Assembly (NCBI RefSeq): GCF_009834535.1
Contig: NC_045697.1
Coordinates: forward strand, 101,868,001 to 101,932,000
Reading direction: 5' to 3'
Origin: Camelus ferus
Taxonomy: Eukaryota
DNA length: 64,000 nucleotides
The first letter of the stretch is position 1. Every line of letters starts with the position of its first letter. Below, piece after piece: positions 52,434-64,000 of this stretch. Below the pieces are notes generated by a model. It made no database searches, was not told the DNA's origin, and saw only the letters and a list, made by a program, of their open reading frames with translations. The position numbers were made by a program, and so were the translations under genes.

Positions 52434-53479
52434 TTAATGGACCTGAGAAGGTGATTCTTAAATATTTATAGTTCAAAGAGCCAAGAACAGCCAAAACACT
52501 CTTGAAAAAAATAATGTGGAAGATGTACTCTAAGATGTGGTTTATTATGATAATATAGCAATTAATGCAGAGTAATCTTGGCACAAGGAAATAAAAATAC
52601 ACCAACGAAACTCAAGAGAGAGCCCAGAAACAGAACAACATATATATGGATACTTGATTTATGACAGGGCAGCTCTGCAGAGCAGTGGAAAAATAATGTT
52701 ATTTTCAATAAATGGTAATAGACAAATTGGATTTCCATGAAAATAAAAGAAGAAAATTGATCTCTAGCTCACAACATAAACAAGTATCAATTCCCTGTAA
52801 ACTGTGGACAGCAAAACAATAACAAAGTTGATATAGGATAATTTTATCATGATTTGGATTAAAAAAAAACTTTCTTAAAGAGGAAAAAAAAAAGGATTAA
52901 CCAAAAAAGAAGACTGATACATTGTATTATGTCAAAATTAAGACCATCTGTTCATCAATAGACACGAGTAAGAGTCAAAGGCAAAATCTGTGGAGGCTTA
53001 TATTTGTAACCTGTATAGCCAGCAATGGACTCATAACCTAAATGCAACTAGTACTCCTACAGATCAGTAAGAAAAATAAAGTAATCCAAAAAGGGGGAAG
53101 GGGAAAACAAGAGAAATGAACAGAATTTTCACAAAAACATATAAAAAGACTCAAATAAACAAATGAAATGAATCAACCTTTCTTGTAATGGGAAAATGCA
53201 AATTAAAACCACAGTGTCATATTACTGTACATTCACTAGAACGATTCAAATTAAAAGGGCTGCCAATACCCAATGCTGACAAGGAAGTGTTATTCTCATA
53301 CAGTGTCAGTGGGAGTTCAAATTGGTACAACTCTGAAAGACTGTCATTATTTATGAAAGTTGGACATATGCATTCTCTATGGCACAATAATTATATTTCT
53401 GAGTATAGGTCCAACTGAAACCCATGCATGTGTACCAAGATATACAAACAAAAGTGTTTATGACAGCTTAATTTATAAG

Positions 53480-54404
53480 AGAAAAAGGAATATGAAAAGA
53501 ATCAGAGAAGAAATAAATGAAATAGAAACTAAAAATAAATTAGAAAAGATCAATGAAACTAAGAACTGTTTCTTTACAAAGATAAACAAAATTGATAAAC
53601 CTTTAGCCAGAGTCATCCAGAAAAAAAGAGACTGGACTCACACAAATAAAATCAGAAATGAAAGAAGAGAACTTACAACTGACAGAGATACAAAGGCTCG
53701 TAAGAGATTACTGCAAACAATTAATGCCAATAAAATGGACAACCTAGAAGAAATGGATAAATTTCTAGAAATGTACAATTTCCCAAGAGTAAATCCGGAA
53801 GAAATACAAAATATGAACAGACTAATTACCAGTAATGAAACTGAATCAGTAGTAATAAAAAAAAAATTCCAACAAACAGAAGTCCAGGACCAGATGGCTT
53901 CACAGGTGAATTCTACCAAACATTTAAAGAAGCGTTAATACCTATCCTTCTCAAAACATTCCAAAAAATTTAAGAGGAACATTTGTGAACATATTACATG
54001 AGGCCAGCATCATTCTGATACCAAAACCAAAGACACCAACAAAAAAAGAAAATTACAGGCCAATATCACTGATGAGCACAGATCCAAAAATTCTCAACAA
54101 AGTATTAGCAAATGAATTCAACAGTACATTAAAAGGATCATATACCATGGGCAAGTGTCATTTATCCCAGAGATGCAAGAATGGTTCAGTATCTGCAAAT
54201 CAGTCAATGTGATAACTCCAAACTAACAAATTGAAGAATAAAAATCACATGATCATCTCAGTAGATGCAGAAAACGCCTTTTTACAAAATTCAACATCCA
54301 TTTATAAAAACTCTCAACAAAGTGGGTATAGAGGGGACATACCTCAACATAATAAAGGCCATTTATGACACACTCACAACTAACATTATACTCAATGGTG
54401 AAAG
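53480..54404 (+). mobile_element. Younger L1 ORF2 internal fragment (post-EN linker to start of RT), frameshifted
   Basis: ORFs 53360..53938 (EINEIET...KIDKPLAR...NLEEMDKFLE) and 53985..54212 ([11 protein letters not shown]). Confidence 0.88.
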
Positions 54405-55104
54405 TTTATTAGAATATGTTTTTTAAAGCTATGAATATGAATTTGCAATCATTTAAAAATATTTTTAATAATGTCTATATATTTGCATATATTCCTCAAA
54501 TCCTTTTTATCAAATTAATATTTTAATCTGAAACAAGAACACAAAATAATTTTCCTTGTAAAGTATTTTTTCTCTGTAATATTTTGAGTAACACAGTGAC
54601 AATTCAAAACACAAAAAGCATAAAATATTATACACCAAAAAGTATCCCTTTCATATTTTCTTTCCAAATATTGTCCTCTCATAATCAAATTCATATATAC
54701 TAAGGGGACTTATAAATTTCAGTTGTTTTTTATGATACTTATCTTTTTCCCTGAGATTTTTGCGTATTTCCAGCAGCTATGAACGTTTGTTATTTGGTGG
54801 ACATCGCCCCCTTGTGCATAAAACTGAATCTGCAAGGCAAGTCCTGTCGAACAGTGGAATAAATTTTCACGACTATTCTTTCACGGAATTCCAATTGTAA
54901 AAGTTTCTTGAAGCCATATCTGTCACCATACCTTCAATTTTTCAGTTATGACCAGCCCCCAAATATTAGCCTTTTTCTTTAACCCCTTAATGAATGTGTC
55001 CCCACACTTGCCTTAGGGATCTCATTGTATATTGTGCTTTTTGTCTCCAAAGAATTCTCACATCCATATTTTGTTTGATTAGAACAGGAGTTATTGCCCT
55101 CCTT

Positions 55105-55605
55105 TTCTATTTAGATATAATTAACATACCATGTAACTCACCCATTTAAAGGGTACAACTCGACAATTTTTTAGTATATTCAGCATTGGGCAACCATCAC
55201 CATAATTTATTTTATTTTATTTTTTGTCATAATTTATTTTAGAACATTTTCATCACTCCAAAGAGAAAAGTCTTCCCTGTCAGCGGTCACTACCCATTTC
55301 TCCAACCCCACCTGCAAGCCCCAGGCAACCACTAATCTACTTTTTCTCTGTACAGTTCCCTTTTCTAGACATTTGCTATAAATGGAATCATACAGTTGTC
55401 TGTGTGGTCTTCTGTGACCTTCTTCTTTCACCTGGCTTAGTGTGTACAGGGTTCATCCATGCTGGAGCATGTATCAGTACTCCATTCCTACTTACAGCTG
55501 AATAGTACTCATTGCAAGGATGCCCCATGTTGAAGTATCCATTCATCAGCTGATGGGCATTTGGTTTCCACTCTGATTGTTGTGAATAACGTTGCTACCA
55601 ACATT
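55105..55605 (-). mobile_element. L1MB-like 3' end
   Basis: cccaggcaaccactaatctacttt, aatggaatcatac and gttcatccatgct motifs. Confidence 0.7.
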
Positions 55606-57412
55606 CAGTTGTCCTTCTTTTATAGTTGTAAAGACGGAAACTGCGAGCTGAAATGCTCACTCGAAGGCTTACAAGAGGAGGAAGGAATTGCCTTCCTCAG
55701 GACTTCACTTTGCTCATTGCCTACACCACTCCAACCGCAGTGGCAGCCACCGCACCAGGGGGCTCCTCGCATCCCCAGTCACCCCAACATTCACCGAATC
55801 CCTTTCACTATCAATTCTGGTTCTTCAGCCCAAAACGATCATCCCTTCGTCTCCCACAGTCTCCCACCCCTTTCCCTTCACCAAGGCTTTCCTCTGGTTC
55901 TATGAAAAAGTTCGTCTCCACTTTGCACTCAATTTGCCTTGATGGAATGTGGGCGCCACTGAGGAAACCACTTCCCCAGCTCTTTCAAGTGGAACTCTTT
56001 CCTGTCACACCCCAGGCCCTGGGGTCAGGAAGTGAGTCCCCTTCCTCTCCAGTGCTGCCTCACACAAGCCTCCCTCCTCCTTCCACATCCAGAGCAACTG
56101 AGGTGAAGACAACACTCTGCTTGTTGCTGTGATCAACTGACTGCCGGTCACCCCTTCCCAGGCAGTGCCCACTCCCTCTCATCCTCCCCTCCATGGATCA
56201 CTGTTCTCACTCCTTCTCTGTCCCTTTCAGTGCTCTGGGTAACTTTAATCTCCTCCTGAGTGGTGCATACAGAACACTGGCTTCCCTCAGCTCCCTGAAC
56301 TCCAGTGACCTTTTTCTCCAACAGCTTCAGCCACGCACTGCCAAGTTCCTACCCTAGATCTTGCAGAATCAGACCAATTCACCAAACGAACAATTGGCAG
56401 AATTTTACTTAATTCTTACTATTAATAAAGTTTATAATCATGTTCCATATTGGATGGGATAAACCAGTTTTTTGAAGATTTCTGGTAATATCTGAGTTAG
56501 TTTTACTCCACTTTTAAGGAATGTGTGACTAAGATCTGCTCTAACTCCCTGTGTTTATAGCTGGAGGAAGACGGATCAGAGAGAAAACAGAAAAAAGTTG
56601 GAGAGAGGGCCAGGCAGCACAGGAGAGGTAAGACTGATGGCTGGGGAGGTGGTGGAGACCGGGAGTACTCTCAGGAAGAGAAATGTGGGACTGGCGCGCT
56701 CATCCTTACCAATGCATGTTTTGTGATATACTTTAATCATGAAGAATTCTTATCAATTCATTTTTATAACCCTCAGTCTTTTTTCTCTACTCATACAATA
56801 AATGTTCCTCTCAGTTTCTTAAGTTCATTCTCTTCTCTTCTGCTCCTGCCTTCACTGACTCCTCTGTCTCTTCTCAACTGGATCCCTGCTGGGGATCTCC
56901 TGGCTCCTCCTGCACTGGTTAGGGCTCCTCTCAGCCTTTCAGGTGCCCTTAGGTTTGTTTGTTTTTATTGCGGTATGGTTGATTTACAATATTATATACA
57001 TTTCAGGTGTACAACATAGTGATTCATAACTTTTAAAGGTTATACTCCATTTATAGTTATAAAATATTGGCTATATTCCCTGTGCTGTACAGTATGTCTT
57101 CATTGCTTATTTATTTTATACATAATAGTTTGTACCTCTTAATCCCCTACTCCTAAACTGCCCCTGCCCCTGCGTCTCCCCACTGGTAACCACCAGTATG
57201 TTCTCTATATCTGTGAGTCTCTTTTTTTGTTATATTCACTAGTTTGTTCTATTTTTTAGATTCCACATATAAGTGATATCATACAGTATTTGTCTTTCTC
57301 TGTCTGGCTTATTTCACTTAGCATAATACCTTCCACATCTATCCAAGTTGTTCTAAATGGCAGAACTTCATTATTTTTATGGCTGAGTAGTATTCCATTC
57401 TGATGTATATAT

Positions 57413-57414
<2 letters not shown>

Positions 57415-57462
<48 letters not shown>
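57415..57462. repeat. Perfect (GT)24 microsatellite
   Basis: Directly visible. Confidence 0.95.
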
Positions 57463-57464
<2 letters not shown>

Positions 57465-57763
57465 TCTTTATCTATTCATCTGTTGATGGACACTTAGGTT
57501 GCTTCCATATTTTGGCAATTGTAAATAATGCTGCTATGAACATTGGGGTGCATGTGTCTTTCTGAATTGGAGTTTTTGGTGTTTTTTGGATATATACCCA
57601 AGAGTAGAATTGCTGGGTCATATGGTAGTTCTATTTTTCATTTTTTGAGAAACTTCCATACTGTTTTCTATAATGGCTGCACCAATTTACATTCCCACCA
57701 ACAATGCATGAGAGTTCTCTTTTCTCCACAGCCTCACCAACATTTGTTATTTGTGGTCTTCTT

Positions 57764-60222
57764 TTTTTTTTTTTTTTAACATTTTTTATTGATTTATAAT
57801 CATTTTACAATGTTGTGTCAAACTCCAGTGTTCAGCACAATTTTTCAGTTATTCATGGACATATACACACTCATTGTCACATTTTTTTCTCTGTGAGTTA
57901 TCATAACATTTTGTGTATATTTCCCTGTGCTATACAGTGTATTCTATTCTACAATTTTGAAATCCCAGTCTATCCCTTCCCACCCTCCACCCCCCTGGTA
58001 ACCACAAGTCTGTATTCTCTGTCTGTGTGTCTATTTCTGTCCTTTATTTACGCTTTGTTTTTGTTTGTTTGTTTTTGTTTTTGTTTTTTAGATTCCACAT
58101 ATGAGCGATCTCATATGGTATTTTTCTTTCTCTTTCTGGCTTACTTCACTTAGAATGACATTCTCCAGGAGCATCCATGTTGCTGCAAATGGCATTATGT
58201 TGTCGGTTTTTATGGCTGAGTAGTATTCCATTGTATAAATATACCACATCTTCTTTATCCAGTCACCTGTTGATGGACATTTAGGCTGTTTCCATGTTTT
58301 GGCTATTGTAAATAGTGCTGCTATGAACATTGGGGTACAGGTGTCATCCTGAAGTAGATTTCCTTCTGGATACAAGCCCAGGAGTGGGATTCCTGGGTCA
58401 TATGGTAAGTCTATTCCTAGTCTTTTGAGGAATCTCCACACTGTTTTCCATAGTGGCTGCACCAAACTGCATTCCCACCAGCAGTGTAGGAGGGTTCCCC
58501 TTTCTCCACAGCCTCTCCAGCATTTGTCATTTGTGGATTTTTGAATGATGGCCATTCTGACTGGTGTGAGGTGATACCTCATTGTAGTTTTGATTTGCAT
58601 TTCTCTGATAATTAGTGATATTGAGCATTTTTTCATGTGCTTTTTGATCATTTGTATGTCTTCCTTGGAGAATTGCTTGTTTAGGTCTTCTGCCCATTTT
58701 TGGATTGGGTTGTTTATTTTTTTCTTACTGAGTCACATGAGCTGCTTATATACTCTGGAGATCAAGCCTTTGTCAGTTTCACTTGCAAAAATTTTCTCCC
58801 ATTCTGTAGGTTTTCTTCTTGTTTTACTTCTGGTTTCCTTTGCTGTGCAGAAGCTTGTATGTTTCATTAGGTCCCATTTGTTTATTCTTGCTTTTATTTC
58901 TTCTAGGAGAAAATTTTTGAGATGTATGTCAGATAATGTTTTGCCTATGTTTTCCTCTAGGAGGTTTATTGTATCTTGTCTTATGTTTAAGTCTTTAATC
59001 CATTTTGAGTTGATTTTTGTATATGGTGTAAGGGAGTGTTCTAGCTTCATTGTTTTACATGCTGCTGTCCAGTTTTCCCAACATCATTTGCTGAAGAGAC
59101 TGTCTTTATTCCAATGTATATTCTTGCCTCCTTTGTCAAAGATGAGTTGACCAAAAGTTTGTGGGTTCATTTCTGGGCTCTCTATTCTGTTCCATTGGTC
59201 TATATGTCTGTTTTGGTACCAATACCATGCTGTCTTGATGACTGTAGCTCTATAGTATTGTCTGAAGTCTGGGAGAGTTATTCCTCCAGCCTCTTTCTTT
59301 CTCTTCAGTAATGCTTTGGCAATTCTAGGTCTTTGATGGTTCCATATGAATTTTATTATGATTTTTTTCTAGTTCTGTGAAATATGTCCTGGGTAATTGG
59401 ATAGGGATTGCATTAAATCTGTAGATTGCCTTGGGCAGTGTGACCATTTTAACTATATTGATTCTTCCAATCCAAGAGCATGGAATATCTTTCCATTTTT
59501 TAAAGTCTTCTTTAATTTCCTTCATCAATGGTTTATAGTTTTCTGTGTATAATTCTTTCACCTCCTTGGTTAGATTTATTCCCAGATATTTTATTACTTT
59601 GGTGCTATTTTAAAGGGGATTGTTTCTTTACTTTCTTCTTCTGTTGATTTATCGTTAGTGTAAAGAAATGCAACTGATTTTTGAACGTTAATTTTGTAAC
59701 CTGCTACCTTGCTGAATTCTTCAATCAGCTCTAGTAGCTTTTGTGTGGACCTTTTAGGGTTTTCTATATATAGTAACATGTCATCAGCATATAATGACAC
59801 TTTTACCTCTTCTTTTCCAATTTGGATCCCTTTTATTTCTTTCTCTTGCCTGACTGCTGTGGCTAGGACTTCCAGGACTATGTTGAATAGGAGTGGTGAT
59901 AGTGGGCATCCTTGTCTTGTCCCAGATTTTAGTGGGAAGCTTTTGAGTTTTTCACTGTTGAGTACTATGCTGGCTGTAGGTTTGTCATATATAGCTTTTA
60001 TTATGTTGAGATATGTTCCCTCTATTCCCACTTTGGCGAGAGTTTTTATCATAAATGGGTGTTGAATTTTATCAAATGCTTTTTCTGCATCAATTGAGAT
60101 GATCATGTAGTTTTTGTCCTTTCTCTTGTTGATGTGATGTATTACACTGATTGATTTGCGTATGTTGAACCAGCCTTGTGTCCCTGGGATGAACCCCACT
60201 TGGTCATGATGTATAATCTTTT
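57764..60222 (-). mobile_element. Young 5'-truncated L1 (about 2.5 kb): RT and C-terminal ORF2, 3' UTR, poly(A)
   Basis: ORFs 59594..60259 ([14 protein letters not shown]), 59325..59561, 58733..59050 and 58088..58651 (CWRGC..HCWWEC). Perfect 17-bp TSD ttatttgtggtcttctt at 57747-57763 and 60223-60239. Confidence 0.95.
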
Positions 60223-61129
60223 TTATTTGTGGTCTTCTTGATGATAGCCTTTCTGACAAGTATGAGGTGATATCTCATTGAGGTTTTGATTTGCATTTCT
60301 CTGATGATTAATGACACTGAGCATCTTTTCATGTGCCTGTTGGCCATCTGTATGTCTTCATTGGAAAAAATGTCTATTCAGGTCCTTTGCCCATTGTTTA
60401 ATCAGGTTGTTGTTTTTTGCTGTTGAGTCATCTAATGCTCTTCTCCTTCTCTCTTCCTCTACTTGGATTCAGACCTATGACTCTGGTTTTTTTTGCTCTT
60501 CGAGGCTATTAGGTCCTTCCTGGGATGAGATTTCAGGCTGTACCCATCCTGAGAAGACTGTGCCCATCCAAGCCCTGCCAGAGTCTGGGATTTAGCTGAC
60601 ATGGAGGAAGACAGGAGACACACCTAAGTATGCATTCTGAGGCAGCCCGAGCATTCCAGCATAAAATTACCATTTAAAAATGCAAACAGATAATCTCCAA
60701 GGGACTAGAGCACATGACATTCAGTACATCACTTCAGTAAAACATTTTATACCATCATGGCTAGTGCAAATGAGCAGACTTTGTGGTGAACCTGAGTGTT
60801 TAGTAATTGTATGTGTGTATATGAAAGCCCTTAAAAATAGGAGACAATTATGTGAAAAGAAAGCTACACTTTCTAAAATTTTCAACTTTGTAAATGTATA
60901 TGGAAAGTTATTAACTAATTGTTATCAAGAGAATTCCATTGTTTTGTATGTCACCTCTACTATAGTGATCCCAAAACCATCCAAAAAACTTCAACACTGA
61001 TTTTCAGATTTACATGGAGTAGATACAACAAATGGTATCACTAAATCACTGATCTGTGATTCCTTAAATAGGTGTGACACCTATTGATAAATGCCATTTT
61101 TTTCTACCATGTCACAAATGATTAGGAGA

Positions 61130-62260
61130 ATTCTCAGCAATAAAAAGCAACAAATTATTGGTACACATAACAACCTAGATGAATCTCCAAAGAATTATGC
61201 TGAGTGAAATAAACCAATCCCAGAGGGTTACATACTGTATGATTTCATTTATATAACAATCTTAAAATAACAAAACTATAGAAATGTAAAACAGAGTTAT
61301 TGGTTGCCAGGGCATAAGGAAGAGTTGGGGGCATAAAGGGGTAGGGATGATATAAAAGTCATGAGATGCTCCTGTGGTGATGGAGACACTCTGTAGCTTG
61401 ACCGTATCAATGTCAATATCCTAGCTGTACTACTTTACTGTAGGTACCCTTGTTCTGTAATTGCCCAATGGGATTTTCTTTGTAATCCCAACTCCATAAA
61501 GTCATAGCAAGCATGATACTTAGTGTAATGTGAATCATTTATACTATAATAAATAACATCAAAAAACAGATAAAAACTCATGTTGGCGACACTCTAGGAG
61601 AATTTTAGTGATCACTGATGAAGTTGAAAATTTAAAAATCTATATTAATAAGCTCCAGGAGAGAAATAATAATTTTAAAAGTGAGGAGAGCACTAGATTT
61701 AGAGTCCAAAGGTTTGAGGTGACACCAGTTGCCCAAATAATTTTAGAAAGTTAATCTTAATTCACTCAGATGAAAAGTGATTGAACTAGATCATTATAAG
61801 TTAAATAGAACTCAAATATTGCTAAGTATTAAAAAAAAGATTGAAAAATAAAATTGTTAACTCATAGTACATTAAAATTAGGAACTCTGTTTATCAAAAC
61901 ACCATTACCAGAATGAGAACACAAGCCAAGAGTGGGAGAAGATATTTGCAAAACACATAATTGATAAGGATTCATTTCCAAATCATATAACAAACTCTGA
62001 CAAATCAATAATAAAGGGCAAGTAATTCAACAGAAAAAAATAGACAGAAGACTTAAATTAGCAACATATCCAAATTGTCCCCAACTTCAACAAATGAAGA
62101 TCACATAATGATTTATTACACACTTATCAGAATGATTAAAATTAGAAAGATTGACAACATCAAGTATTGGCGAAAAAGTGGAGTTCCTGGAATTCTCATA
62201 TAATGAATGAGCCTATAAGTTGGTCCAACCACTTCAAAAAACTGGTAGTTGCTAATGCTC
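61130..62260 (+). mobile_element. Degraded old L1 fragments (3' UTR at about 61130-61440; ORF2 end at about 61820-62260)
   Basis: gatgaatctccaaagaattatgctgagtgaaa; gagtgggagaagatatttgcaaaaca. Confidence 0.6.
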
Positions 62261-62299
62261 AGCAGTACATTTCTTAAAACCCAGGATATATTTAGGGTC

Positions 62300-63200
62300 G
62301 CTTCAACAGGAGGTCCCAGCAGATTAGACATCAGGTATGATTAACTGGATGGATTGTGAGTCATTTATGAGATGGGATGCACTTTAGGTCTGGGGACGAA
62401 GTTCTGTATTGCCATGTTAAGTCTGAGTTAGAGTTCTAAACATTCTCATAGAAAAGACAAATAGGCTGTTGAATATGATAAAATTTCAGGGGAAGAGAAA
62501 GGATCAAGATATATATTTGGAAGTCCTCACAATACAGATGTATATAAAGTCCTGGAAATGGATGAGAGCATCTAGGGAGAATGTGCAGTTAGAAAACTGG
62601 TCACATAACTACGTCCCACATGTAGAGATCAAGCAAAGGACGAGGAGTCAGCAAAGGAGACTGAGAAAGAACAAGTAGTAAAGCAGGAAGGAAACCAGGA
62701 GCGTGTGGTCTTACAAATGAAGAGTATTTCAGGAAAAAGGGAGTGGTCAATAGTGTGAAATCCTGCTGGGAGGTAAAGTAAGGTAAGCAGCCACAGAAAC
62801 AGCCATTTGATTTGGCTCCATGAAAATCACCGATTAACACAAGCACTTTTGAGTGCAGTGCTGGAGACAGAGCATGATTAGGGTGGTCTAGATGGTGCAG
62901 AAATAGAGACAACAGTGTAACGGCCCCTTTGAGAAGACGTTCTATGAAAAGATAAAAAAAAATATTAAGGAAGATATGACATAAAAAATGGGGGGGTTCT
63001 GTCTTTTCTTTTTTAAGAGTATTAGACACTAGCTCATGTTTACATACTGGTGGCAAAGATCTAGTAGAGAGTAGAGAAGGAAAAAAAAATCTGTGATACA
63101 GGGACAAGGAGGACTAACTGTAGGGGTGAACTCCTTGAAATGGCTACAGACGGAATTCGGAGCCCAAGAAGATTTTGGTAGAAGCAGGGATAGTTCATAT
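62300..63200. mobile_element. LINE2-like remnant
   Basis: Purine-rich body with gccatgttaagtctgag, gcaaaggagactgagaa, ggaaaccaggag and ccatttgatttggc motifs. Confidence 0.55.
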
Positions 63201-63204
63201 AGAT

Positions 63205-64000
63205 ATAAAACTATACAAAATTTACTTCTGTGTCTCCTTTCGTCAGTTTTGAATTTCATAGTTTTCTAGAGATTTGTCCATTTCAAATGAAATTTTCAGA
63301 TTATTGGCAAAATATTCATAATATGCTTTTATTATCTTTTAAATGCCAGGTGGCTCTGTCGGGATGCTTTTTTTCCATCCCTGATATTTTATCATGCTTT
63401 CTCTTTTCTTAATTAGCCTTTCCAGGCATTTACCAATTGTCTTAGTTTTTTGGAGGGTTGGGTATAACTCAGTGGTAGAGAGTGAGCTTGGCATGTGAAA
63501 GGTCCCAGGTTCAATTTTTTTTTCTCAGTCTTTTCAAATAATGAACTTCTGGCATTGCTGGTATTTACTGTACATCTCTTTTCTCTTTCATTAATTTCTA
63601 TTACTTTCATAATATCCTTCCTTTTAGTTTGAATTTAATTTGTTGTTCTTTTTGTGATTTATATAAATAAATATTTAGATTATTGATTTTGGCTTTAGCT
63701 ATGTCCTACAATTTTGGAATGGCATATTTTTATGATCATTTCATTCAAAATACTTTCTAATTTCTGTTTTGATCTTTTCAGAATTATGTTGATTAATTTC
63801 CAAACATGAGAGATTTACAGTGATTTTTCAGTTACTGATTTCTAGCTCAACTCCCCTAAGGTCAGAGAAAATACTCTGATTTGGAGTATTCAAAATTTGT
63901 TAATGCTTTATGACTCAGCACATTCTCAACTTTGCCAAACATTCCATGAGTTCTTGAAAAGAATATGTATCTGCTGTTAGTAGGTGCAATTTTCTACATG
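63205..64000 (-). mobile_element. Old L1 ORF2 remnant (antisense), runs off the window
   Basis: ctagagatttgtccatttca, tttcaaataatgaacttctgg and atatgtatctgctgtt motifs. Confidence 0.55.
63452..63514 (+). mobile_element. 3'-truncated tRNA-derived SINE
   Basis: ggtataactcagtggtagag...ggtcccaggttcaat, then the similarity stops. Confidence 0.7.

Larger units (their letters stand above)
56955..60430 (-). mobile_element. L1 3' portion (host) split by a younger L1; host parts 56955-57763 and 60223-60430
   Basis: The L1 3' UTR/ORF2 end reads continuously if the insert and one TSD copy are removed. Confidence 0.85.

Noticed and set aside
55561..56132. Overlapping 84-159 aa ORFs
   Set aside because: C-rich, low-complexity translations with no family resemblance.
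53480..60222. Idea that the + strand ORF2 fragment and the young - strand L1 are halves of one 5'-inverted insertion
   Set aside because: They overlap in ORF2 coordinates, are separated by more than 3 kb of other DNA, and the young L1 has its own complete TSD pair.

Overview
Mammalian genomic DNA, AT-rich and repeat-dense. It is probably from a camelid, because eight copies of a tRNA-derived SINE resembling the camelid Vic-1 family are present. The + strand carries most of GAB1 (GRB2-associated binding protein 1): coding exons 2-11 (5454-40943) with GT-AG boundaries and consistent reading phase, followed by a roughly 5 kb 3' UTR. Exon 1 lies upstream of the window. The ORF track misses an 81-nt frame-preserving cassette exon in intron 3 (16898-16978), which fits the described 27-aa striated-muscle Gab1 insert and resembles the end of exon 3. 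I also found a candidate 18-nt microexon (20078-20095) and a weaker 48-nt candidate. Downstream of GAB1 are several MaLR/ERVL LTRs, an old L1 carrying nested insertions (a SINE and an intact-ORF RPS21 retrocopy with target-site duplications), and a young 5'-truncated L1 inserted into an older L1. I see no evidence for a wholly new biological system; the best leads concern alternative splicing of GAB1 and the RPS21 retrocopy. Repeat boundaries and subfamily names are approximate, and comparisons to human proteins are from memory, not from a search.
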